Shown: positions 19,601 to 28,100 of the stretch, one piece after another | Layout: each line of letters starts with the position of its first letter | Numbering within the stretch: position 1 is the first letter of the stretch | IMG/VR virus record: IMGVR_UViG_3300043446_005562 | Location: 62,001 to 126,000 of that record | Length of the DNA: 64,000 nucleotides | Strand: one strand, 5' to 3' | Notes under the pieces: model-generated | What the model saw: the letters and a program-made list of their open reading frames with translations, nothing else | Databases searched by the model: none | What the model was told of the DNA's origin: nothing | Made by a program: the position numbers and the translations under genes

Positions 19601-22089
19601 CTTGTACCGCTAGAACCGGAAGTTCCAGATGAACCTGAAGAACCTGATGTACCGCTTGATCCAGACGAGCCAGATGTTCCTGAGCTTCCACTTGTTCCGG
19701 ATGAACCGCTTGAACCGGATGTTCCAGAAGAACCAGAAGTTCCGCTTGAGCCTGATGTTCCTGAGCTACCCGAAGAACCTGAGGTTCCAGATGAACCGCT
19801 AGATCCAGAAGTGCCACTTGAGCCAGAAGTTCCTGACGAACCAGAAGATCCGCTTGTACCGCTACTACCTGAAGAACCAGATGTACCGCTTGAACCTGAA
19901 GAACCAGATGTACCGCTTGAACCTGAAGTACCAGATGAGCCACTTGAACCTGAAGTACCGGATGAGCCAGAAGTACCGCTACTTCCGCTAGAACCAGATG
20001 TTCCACTTGAACCTGAAGTACCTGAACTTCCAGAAGAACCGCTTGTTCCCGATGAGCCTGAAGAACCGCTTGAACCAGAAGTTCCAGACGAACCTGAAGT
20101 ACCAGATGATCCGCTTGAACCAGAAGTACCTGAAGAACCGGATGAACCTGAAGAACCGGAAGTTCCACTTGAACCAGATGAGCCGCTAGTGCCACTTGAG
20201 CCTGAAGAACCTGATGTTCCTGAAGATCCGGAAGTTCCGCTTGAACCTGATGTTCCTGAGCTTCCAGATGTACCGCTACTTCCAGAAGAACCGCTTGTTC
20301 CAGAGCTTCCTGACGTTCCAGAAGATCCTGAGCTACCGCTTGTTCCAGAAGAACCACTTGAACCTGATGTACCGGATGTTCCACTTGCTCCACTTGCTCC
20401 ACTTGTTCCAGACGAGCCTGACGTTCCTGAAGAACCAGAAGAACCAGATGTTCCAGAGCTACCAGAAGAGCCAGAGGTTCCCGAAGAACCTGATGTACCG
20501 CTACTTCCAGAAGAACCGCTAGTTCCTGAACTTCCACTTGTTCCTGACGAACCAGAAGAGCCAGATGTTCCTGAGCTACCTGAAGTTCCGCTAGAGCCTG
20601 ATGATCCAGAAGTACCAGATGAACCGCTTGTTCCACTAGAACCCGAAGAACCTGATGTTCCAGACGATCCTGATGAACCTGAAGTTCCGCTACTACCACT
20701 TGTTCCAGATGAACCAGAGCTTCCCGATGTTCCGGAGCTGCCGCTTGTACCAGATGAACCTGAGGAACCTGATGTTCCGCTACTACCACTAGTGCCAGAT
20801 GAACCAGATGTTCCAGAAGAACCACTTGATCCGCTTGTACCGCTTGAGCCAGACGTACCTGAGCTACCACTAGTTCCTGACGAACCTGAAGAGCCGGATG
20901 TTCCCGAAGATCCAGATGAACCGCTTGTTCCACTTGAACCAGCTGTACCTGAACTTCCGCTTGTTCCTGATGAACCTGAAGAACCAGAAGTTCCCGAAGA
21001 ACCACTAGTGCCAGAAGAACCTGAACTGCCGCTTGTACCAGATGAACCTGATGTTCCAGAGCTGCCAGATGTACCTGACGAACCACTAGTTCCTGAAGAG
21101 CCTGAACTTCCAGATGTTCCAGAAGATCCTGATGAGCCGCTAGTTCCCGAAGAACCAGATGTTCCAGAAGAACCGCTTGTTCCAGACGAACCACTTGAGC
21201 CAGACGTACCTGAGCTACCTGATGTACCACTTGAACCTGATGTGCCCGATGAACCTGAACTTCCACTTGTTCCTGACGAACCAGAAGAACCCGATGTTCC
21301 TGAGCTACCACTTGAACCGCTAGTTCCACTAGAACCTGATGTACCAGACGAGCCGCTAGAACCCGAAGTTCCTGATGAGCCGCTTGAACCGGACGTTCCA
21401 CTAGAACCGGCTGTTCCAGATGAACCGCTAGTTCCGCTTGAACCAGAAGAACCAGATGTTCCCGAGCTACCCGAAGTTCCAGAAGATCCAGAGCTACCCG
21501 AGGTTCCGCTACTTCCGGAAGAGCCGGATGTACCCGAGCTGCCAGAAGTACCTGAACTTCCTGATGTTCCGCTTGAACCGCTTGAACCTGAAGTTCCAGA
21601 AGAACCGCTTGTACCACTACTTCCGGAAGAACCTGAAGTACCACTTGAGCCGGATGTTCCGGATGAACCAGATGAACCGGATGTGCCCGAAGAACCGCTA
21701 GTTCCTGACGAACCAGCTGCGCCTGAACCGCCCTGTATCATGGTGAACATATTGTCACCTTCATATATTATAAGATATTTAGCATGAGCTACGGTAAATG
21801 GTTTATAGGTAGTTGTTCCAATGTTTACTCCATTTACGTACACCGTTAACGCACTATCACTTGAACTTTTTTGAAGTTGAGGTCCAGTTGAGGTAATGTT
21901 ACCGCTCGGGTCAGTTATCTCAAAGGTCTCGCCTTCGTAAATTGTTCCAGTTGAAATACTTGGCAATTGAATAACCGAGGATGATCCGCCAGCACCAGAT
22001 CCACCAATTTTGAATTCAAAATATAATTGAGTATTCAGTGAATGTGGGCCGGTTCCCGTTAACGTTTGTGTGCTCTTAAAAACTGCCAT
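13657..22089 (-). CDS. Giant collagen-like (Gly-Ser/Thr-Ser)n fibre protein with C-terminal intramolecular chaperone (Peptidase S74) domain
   Basis: 2810 aa; three Gly-X-Y blocks (573, 142 and 32 triplets by coordinates); C-terminal FSDRSVKDN...GVIAQE...LIEAIKEQQAQIEDLK. Confidence 0.9.
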   Translation of the reverse strand: MAVFKSTQTLTGTGPHSLNTQLYFEFKIGGSGAGGSSSVIQLPSISTGTIYEGETFEITDPSGNITSTGPQLQKSSSDSALTVYVNGVNIGTTTYKPFTVAHAKYLIIYEGDNMFTMIQGGSGAAGSSGTSGSSGTSGSSGSSGTSGSSGTSGSSGSSGTSGSSGTSGSSGSSGTSGSSGTSGSSGTSGSSGSSGTSGSSGSSGTSGSSGTSGSSGSSGTSGSSGTAGSSGTSGSSGSSGTSGSSGSSGTSGSSGTSGSSGSSGTSGSSGSSGTSGSSGSSGTSGSSGTSGSSGTSGSSGSSGTSGSSGTSGSSGTSGSSGSSGTSGSSGSSGTSGSSGTSGSSGTSGSSGTSGSSGSSGTSGSSGTSGSSGSSGTSGSSGTAGSSGTSGSSGSSGTSGSSGSSGTSGSSGTSGSSGTSGSSGSSGTSGSSGTSGSSGTSGSSGSSGTSGSSGTSGSSGSSGTSGSSGTSGSSGSSGTSGSSGSSGTSGSSGTSGSSGSSGTSGSSGTSGSSGSSGTSGSSGTSGSSGSSGTSGSSGTSGSSGSSGTSGSSGSSGTSGSSGTSGASGASGTSGTSGSSGSSGTSGSSGSSGTSGSSGTSGSSGSSGTSGSSGTSGSSGTSGSSGTSGSSGSSGTSGSSGSSGTSGSSGSSGSSGTSGSSGSSGTSGSSGTSGSSGSSGSSGTSGSSGSSGTSGSSGTSGSSGSSGTSGSSGTSGSSGSSGTSGSSGTSGSSGSSGTSGSSGSSGTSGSSGSSGTSGSSGTSGSSGSSGTSGSSGSSGTSGSSGTSGSSGTSGSSGSSGTSGSSGTSGSSGSSGTSGSSGSSGTSGSSGTSGSSGTSGSSGTSGSSGSSGTSGSSGSSGTSGSSGSSGTSGSSGTSGSSGSSGTSGSSGSSGTSGSSGTSGSSGTSGSSGSSGTSGSSGSSGTSGSSGSSGTSGSSGSSGTSGSSGTSGSSGTSGSSGSSGTSGSSGSSGTSGSSGTSGSSGSSGTSGSSGTSGSSGTSGSSGTSGSSGSSGTSGSSGTSGSSGSSGTSGSSGSSGTSGSSGTSGSSGTSGSSGTSGSSGSSGTSGSSGSSGTSGSSGTSGSSGTSGSSGSSGTSGSSGSSGTSGSSGTSGSSGSSGTSGSSGSSGTSGSSGTSGSSGTSGSSGSSGTSGSSGTSGSSGSSGTSGSSGSSGTSGSSGTSGSSGTSGSSGSSGTSGSSGSSGTSGSSGSSGTSGSSGTSGSSGTSGSSGSSGTSGSSGSSGTSGSSGTSGSSGSSGTSGSSGTSGSSGTSGSSGSSGTSGSSGTSGLSGVNGTSGSSGSSGTSGSAGTSGSSGTSGSSGTSGSSGSSGTSGSSGSSGTSGSSGTSGSSGSSGTSGSSGSSGTSGSSGTSGSSGSSGTSGSSGTSGSSGTSGSSGSSGTSGSSGSSGTSGSSGSSGTSGSSGTSGSSGTSGSSGSSGTSGSSGSSGTSGSSGTSGSSGTSGSSGSSGTSGSSGSSGSSGTSGSSGSSGTSGSSGSSGTSGSSGSSGTSGSSGTSGSSGTSGSSGTSGSSGSSGTSGSSGSSGTSGSSGTSGSSGTSGSSGTSGSSGSSGTSGSSGTSGSSGTSGSSGSSGTSGSSGTSGSSGSSGTSGSSGSSGTSGSSGTSGSSGSSGTSGSSGSSGTSGSSGTSGSSGSSGTSGSSGSSGTSGSSGTSGSSGTSGSSGTSGSSGSSGTSGSSGSSGTSGSSGTSGSSGTSGSSGSSGTSGSSGSSGTSGSSGSSGTSGSSGSSGTSGSSGTSGSSGSSGTSGSSGSSGTSGSSGTSGSSGTSGSSGSSGTSGSSGSSGTSGSSGSSGTSGSSGTSGSSGSSGTSGSSGTSGSSGTSGASSIGNGVSWIFNSSASTTPGSTNINYYAGVTATTNVGLINKFYVNITAYRPSSFNSTQWWSAIQTQVTAGNQAYLEIFELTTGIGGVYAITAVGSPVGNVVQVDLNLNAGTGTLTNGNEHVISWWFNGKNGTAGSSGTSGSSGTSGSSGTSGSSGTSGSSGTSGSSGSSGTSGSSGTSGSSGSSGTSGSSGSSGTSGSSGTSGATGAAGSSGTSGSSGTSGATGAAGSSGTSGSSGTSGSSGSSGTSGSSGSSGTSGSSGTSGATGAAGSSGTSGSSGSSGTSGISGASGTSGSSGTSGSSGSSGTSGSSGSSGTSGSSGTSGATGAAGSSGTSGSSGTSGATGAAGSSGTSGSSGTSGSSGSSGTSGATGATGPAGSSGTSGSSGTSGSSGSSGTSGSSGSSGTSGSSGTSGATGAAGSSGTSGSSGSSGTSGSSGSSGTSGSSGTSGATGATGPAGSSGTSGSSGTSGATGAAGSSGTSGSSGSSGTSGSSGTSGATGAAGSSGTSGSSGTSGATGAAGSSGTSGSSGTSGSSGTSGATGAAGAAGNDGSNSGRWRFDNSALAYSSPGLGQFKLDTTNLGTATKLSISRQDTFGTAYATWFNTLGTMLAAGNVSYLQITEVGNNAAIGAWKVGTFTNQTTYYDIQLNTLLAGTGIVNTTSYYTVSWVFNGKDGTSGSSGTSGATGAAGSSGTSGSSGTSGATGAAGSSGTSGSSGTSGSSGTSGATGATGPAGSSGTSGSSGTSGATGAAGSSGTSGSSGTSGTASAVSVKQAGTTIVSSATSINFVSGATVAASGSQADVTISGGGGSGTVNSGNAGYVAYYPATGAAVDDTNQLYWDQTNARLSVNAGATPGYTLEVGTVGGGTGDIYAAGNIIAFSDRSVKDNVETITDALAKVKAMRGVTFTRNDQEDQTRVYAGVIAQEMEAAFPQVVFTNPDGTKAVSYANLVSVLIEAIKEQQAQIEDLKNKLS
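14278..14565 (-). repeat. Gly-X-Y block 3 of fibre 1 (32 triplets; GSS/GTS/GAT/GAA/GPA)
   Basis: 288 nt = 32 x 9. Confidence 0.9.
14920..16197 (-). repeat. Gly-X-Y block 2 of fibre 1 (142 triplets)
   Basis: 1278 nt = 142 x 9; includes GAT-GAA and GAT-GPA variants. Confidence 0.9.
16576..21732 (-). repeat. Gly-X-Y block 1 of fibre 1 (573 triplets, almost all GSS/GTS)
   Basis: 5157 nt = 573 x 9; degenerate 9-nt DNA repeat. Confidence 0.92.
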
Positions 22090-22121
22090 TTATCTGCAAT
22101 TGTTTTTTATTATCTATATTT

Positions 22122-25100
22122 TTATCGTGGTCGATTAGTTCCGACCAAGAAATTTGCCCAACCGCTCAATGATGGAGGTAGGGCATTCCAGCTACCTGCT
22201 GGAAAAGGAGTTTGTCCACTAGATACAACGGTTCCACCAATCCAATAGTCATCGGTATGTGTCACATTATCGTTGAATAAAGTGTATGAAGAGACTTCTT
22301 CTGTGTGGAAATAAACGTCATCCAACAGAATACCTTTACTTGTACCTTGAGGATCTGTGTATATGAAATTTGGAGAACCTCCAGTTAGTCCAAGCGAAGC
22401 AAATGTCGTTTGGTGAATACTTAATCTGGATTCAACAGTATATGAAGAATTTAGATCTAAAAGCATCCAACTTTCGCTAGAAGCAGTTGCTGTTCCTGGG
22501 GTAAGTACGCTGTTTGGACGGCGGTTATACATTTCAAAATGGCAACCTCTAATGTATGCAGTAGACTGATCTAGCGATACAAGATAGCAGTACACATTAT
22601 TGTTTGCGCCAGTATCAACAATCTCACAATTTTCCAAATACAGAGATGAATATCTTGCTAAAATTGCATAGGCCCCGTTTGATGAATGGTCTACCTGTAT
22701 TTTGATATTATTCATCTTTAGTGAGCCGTTTGCTACAAATATAGCGTTCATAGTCGGCACTGATATTACGCTGTTATAACGACCCGATCCAGTTATTGTC
22801 AACTCAGCAGCAGTCAACCAAGTATTACCAGCAGAGCCTGATACAGCTAATGTTACGCCTGGCTCAAAGTAGAGAGATACATTGTATGAACTCGATACAG
22901 TTACCGTAGTCGATTCAGTATAGGCTCCTCTAAATACATGAATTGTATAGCTACCTGCTCCAAGAGCAGAAAGGCCATTTAAAGCGCCGTTGATTGTTTG
23001 CCAAGGTAAATCTAATCTACCTAATTGTGCAGTAGTATTATTTCCATTCGGATCAACAAATAAAGTTTGAGCATATCCTATTGCTTGGAAAGAGGTTCCA
23101 CTTGTTCCGCTTGATCCTGAAGTTCCACTTGAGCCAGAAGAACCCGATGTGCCTGACGAACCAGAAGTTCCAGAAGATCCGCTTGAACCTGACGTTCCAG
23201 AGCTTCCACTGGTTCCTGACGAACCACTAGTTCCGCTTGAGCCACTAGAACCAGATGTTCCTGAAGATCCTGAAGTACCTGACGAACCAGACGAGCCAGA
23301 TGTTCCGGCTGAACCTGACGTACCAGATGAACCTGAACTACCTGATGTTCCGGAAGAGCCTGAGCTTCCACTAGTTCCACTAGAACCAGATGTACCACTT
23401 GAACCTGATGAACCTGAAGTTCCTGAGCTACCTGATGTTCCAGATGAGCCACTGGAACCGCTTGTGCCCGAAGAACCTGAAGTTCCACTAGATCCCGAAG
23501 ATCCAGATGTTCCCGAAGAACCACTTGATCCAGATGTTCCGGACGATCCACTAGTTCCTGATGAACCTGAACTACCTGATGTTCCCGAAGAACCGCTAGA
23601 GCCTGACGTACCTGAGCTTCCACTAGTTCCTGATGAACCTGAAGTTCCTGAGCTACCTGATGTTCCAGATGAGCCACTTGAACCTGAAGTGCCACTAGAT
23701 CCTGAAGATCCTGAAGTTCCGCTTGAGCCACTAGTTCCACTAGAACCAGATGTTCCTGAAGAACCGCTAGATCCTGACGTACCGGAGCTTCCACTAGTAC
23801 CTGAAGAACCGCTACTACCGGATGTTCCCGAAGAGCCCGAAGTTCCGCTACTTCCTGAAGATCCTGAGGTACCAGACGATCCTGAACTACCTGATGTTCC
23901 GCTTGAACCGCTTGTTCCTGAAGAACCTGAACTACCTGATGTTCCCGAAGAACCTGAAGTACCACTTGACCCTGATGTACCTGATGAACCTGAGCTTCCG
24001 CTAGTACCAGATGAACCACTTGAGCCTGAAGTTCCTGAGCTTCCGCTAGTTCCTGATGAACCTGATGTACCGCTTGAGCCAGATGTACCGCTTGAACCTG
24101 AAGAACCACTTGTTCCGCTTGAACCTGAAGAACCACTTGTTCCGCTTGAACCTGAAGAACCTGATGTACCTGATGAACCTGAGCTTCCTGAAGTTCCGCT
24201 TGAACCGCTTGTTCCTGAAGAACCCGAGCTTCCACTAGTTCCGGATGATCCACTTGAACCCGACGTTCCCGACGAACCGCTTGTTCCACTTGAACCAGAA
24301 CTTCCGCTTGTTCCAGAAGAGCCTGAGCTTCCTGAAGTACCACTTGAGCCAGATGTTCCACTAGAACCACTACTACCTGAAGTACCAGATGATCCCGATG
24401 TACCGGAAGATCCACTTGTTCCACTAGATCCACTTGAGCCTGATGTACCAGATGATCCTGAAGTACCAGATGAACCGCTTGTTCCGGATGAACCTGAGCT
24501 TCCTGAAGTACCGCTTGAACCTGATGTTCCTGAGCTTCCGCTAGTACCTGATGAACCTGACGAACCGCTTGTTCCGCTTGAACCGCTTGAACCTGATGTC
24601 CCAGAAGATCCACTAGTTCCTGACGAACCCGATGTACCTGAACTTCCTGATGAACCTGATGTACCAGAGCTGCCTGATGTTCCAGATGATCCCGAAGATC
24701 CTGAAGTACCAGATGAACCGCTGCTTCCTGATGTGCCCGAAGAACCAGAGGTTCCACTTGAACCTGATGTACCTGAGCTACCACTAGAACCGCTAGTACC
24801 GGATGAGCCGCTAGAACCCGAAGTTCCTGATGAACCTGAACTTCCACTAGTTCCGCTAGATCCACTTGAGCCGGAAGTTCCTGATGAACCTGACGTACCC
24901 GATGATCCGGAAGTTCCACTTGAACCGCTGCTACCTGATGAACCTGATGTTCCGCTAGAACCTGATGTTCCTGATGAACCTGAACTGCCGCTTGTTCCTG
25001 AAGAACCGCTTGAACCTGAGGTTCCTGAAGAGCCTGAACTTCCAGAAGTACCGGATGAACCGGCTGTTCCGCTAGATCCTGATGTTCCAGATGAACCACT

Positions 25101-28100
25101 CGTACCCGAAGAGCCTGAGCTACCGGATGTACCAGATGAACCGCTTGATCCAGATGTTCCGGAAGATCCACTAGTTCCTGAAGAACCACTTGAACCTGAA
25201 GTTCCGCTACTTCCTGATGAACCTGCTGTACCAGAGCTGCCAGATGTTCCAGAAGATCCTGAGCTTCCGGAAGTGCCAGAGGATCCACTAGAACCTGAGG
25301 TTCCTGAGCTTCCGCTAGTTCCTGAAGAACCCGAAGTTCCGCTAGAACCGGAACTACCTGCTGTACCGGAACTTCCACTAGTTCCTGACGTACCTGAGCT
25401 ACCAGATGTACCGGCTGATCCACTTGTTCCAGAAGAACCGCTTGAGCCCGAAGTTCCGCTAGATCCACTTAAACCTGATGTTCCAGAGCTTCCACTAGTT
25501 CCTGACGAACCACTTGAGCCCGATGTTCCTGACGAACCGCTTGTTCCGGAGCTACCTGAAGTCCCGGCGCTACCGCTGGTCCCTGATGAGCCTGAGCTTC
25601 CACTAGTTCCACTTGAGCCGGATGAGCCAGAGCTTCCCGATGTTCCAGAAGAACCACTAGAACCAGAAGTTCCTGACGAACCGCTAGTTCCTGAAGTACC
25701 ACCACCTACTATGAGATGTGCATGAAAGAACGTTTGAGAGCGTTGATTACTTCCGAAAATAGTGATATTGCTTGAATTTCCACTGTATACTGTGAAATCT
25801 ACATAATCGGTTGTACCGTTCATGTAAATTATTTTATCGTTACCCTGTGTTAAACCAACTGTTGTTGTTATTTGATTTTGCCAAATCGCCTCTTGGCTAT
25901 TTCCATTCTTACGAATTTGCGAATTGTATTGATTTGTGGTTATAGCGCCAGGATCAAATAAAACTTGTAGAGTTATTTGATAATACCCTGAAATGGTCGG
26001 TTTAAATTGATAGGTTGACTGATTCCACCAGTTATTTGGATCAAAATCATCAATGAATTGGATTACAGTATCGCTATTAGGTGTTACTGTTTGGTTAGCA
26101 GCTAGGTAACCCTGAACAACATAATTAGAGGCAACTAAACCAGTTGGAGAAGTTCCACTAGTTCCAGAAGAACCGGAAGATCCGGATGTTCCGCTTGAAC
26201 CTGATGAGCCAGACGTTCCAGAGCTTCCCGATGTACCAGAGCTTCCGCTAGTTCCAGATGAACCTGAACTACCGCTGGTACCGCTTGAACCAGAACTACC
26301 TGACGTACCCGAACTACCCGAAGAGCCAGATGTTCCACTTGAACCTGAAGTTCCGGCGCTACCGCTTGTTCCAGAAGAACCGCTAGTTCCGGAGCTACCG
26401 CTAGAACCTGAAGTTCCAGAAGAACCCGCTGTTCCAGAAGATCCACTGCTACCTGAAGTTCCTGAAGAACCGCTTGACCCTGATGTTCCAGAGCTTCCAC
26501 TTGTTCCACTACTTCCTGATGAGCCAGATGTTCCTGAAGAACCACTACTTCCACTTGTTCCTGAACTACCTGATGTACCACTACTTCCTGATGTTCCAGA
26601 GCTTCCGCTTGTTCCACTTGAACCTGAAGAGCCTGAAGTTCCGCTTGAGCCAGATGTTCCTGACGAACCGCTTGAGCCCGAAGTTCCAGACGAGCCAGAT
26701 GTTCCTGACGAACCGCTAGTTCCTGAGCTTCCTGATGTTCCTGAAGAACCTGAGCTTCCAGAAGTTCCTGATGAACCACTTGTTCCTGATGAACCGCTTG
26801 TTCCTGAAGAGCCCGATGTTCCGGAAGATCCACTTGAACCTGAGGTTCCAGATGTTCCGCTTGCGCCGCTTGCGCCGCTAGTACCAGAAGTCCCGGATGA
26901 CCCTGAGCTTCCAGAAGTTCCTGAACTGCCTGAAGAACCTGATGAACCTGAGCTTCCTGAAGTACCACTTGAGCCAGACGTTCCCGAAGAGCCCGATGTT
27001 CCAGAAGATCCTGAACTTCCGCTAGTTCCTGAAGAGCCTGAACTACCGCTGGTACCGCTTGAACCAGAACTACCTGACGTACCTGAGCTTCCGGAAGTTC
27101 CAGAAGAGCCTGAGGTACCACTACTACCACTCGAACCTGAGGTACCAGATGAACCCGAAGTTCCTGACGAACCGCTTGAGCCTGACGTACCACTACTACC
27201 GGATGAACCTGAAGTACCTGAACTACCACTAGTTCCTGAAGAACCGGCTGTTCCAGATGAACCAGAGCTTCCGCTAGTTCCCGAAGAACCTGAGCTGCCT
27301 GAAGTACCAGAAGAACCGGATGATCCACTTGAACCAGATGTTCCCGAAGAACCCGAGCTTCCACTGGTTCCTGAACTACCAGAGGTTCCTGAACTGCCTG
27401 AAGAACCTGACGTACCTGAACTACCAGAGGTTCCACTAGAACCTGAAGTTCCTGAGCTGCCGCTTGAACCTGAAGTTCCCGAAGAACCTGAGCTTCCAGA
27501 AGTTCCTGAGCTGCCTGATGTTCCCGACGATCCTGAACTACCAGAGGTTCCACTTGAACCTGAAGTACCTGAGCTGCCTGATGTTCCGGATGAACCTGAG
27601 CTTCCACTAGTTCCACTAGAACCTGAAGTTCCCGAAGAACCTGAGCTTCCAGAAGTTCCTGAGCTGCCTGATGTTCCCGACGTACCCGAAGAACCTGAAG
27701 TTCCGCTAGAACCTGATGTACCTGAGCTGCCTGATGTTCCAGATGAACCTGAGCTTCCACTAGTTCCACTAGAACCTGATGTACCAGAGCTGCCGCTTGT
27801 TCCCGAAGAGCCTGACGTACCCGAAGAACCTGAAGTTCCGCTAGAACCTGATGTACCTGAACTGCCTGATGTTCCAGAGCTTCCAGATGTACCAGATGAA
27901 CCTGAAGTTCCGGCAACTTGGCCTACTGAAGTCAATACAAATGAATAATATGAATTGCCTTCCGTGTAAAAATCGATTGAGTGAGCATTGTTATCTAAAT
28001 TATTAAGATAGATTCTGACTCTCATTCGGTCAGTTGGATTAATAGTGGTTGTCGGTAAAGTTATGTCTAGCGTATTTTCAGCTGGCACAACGGCTGACAC

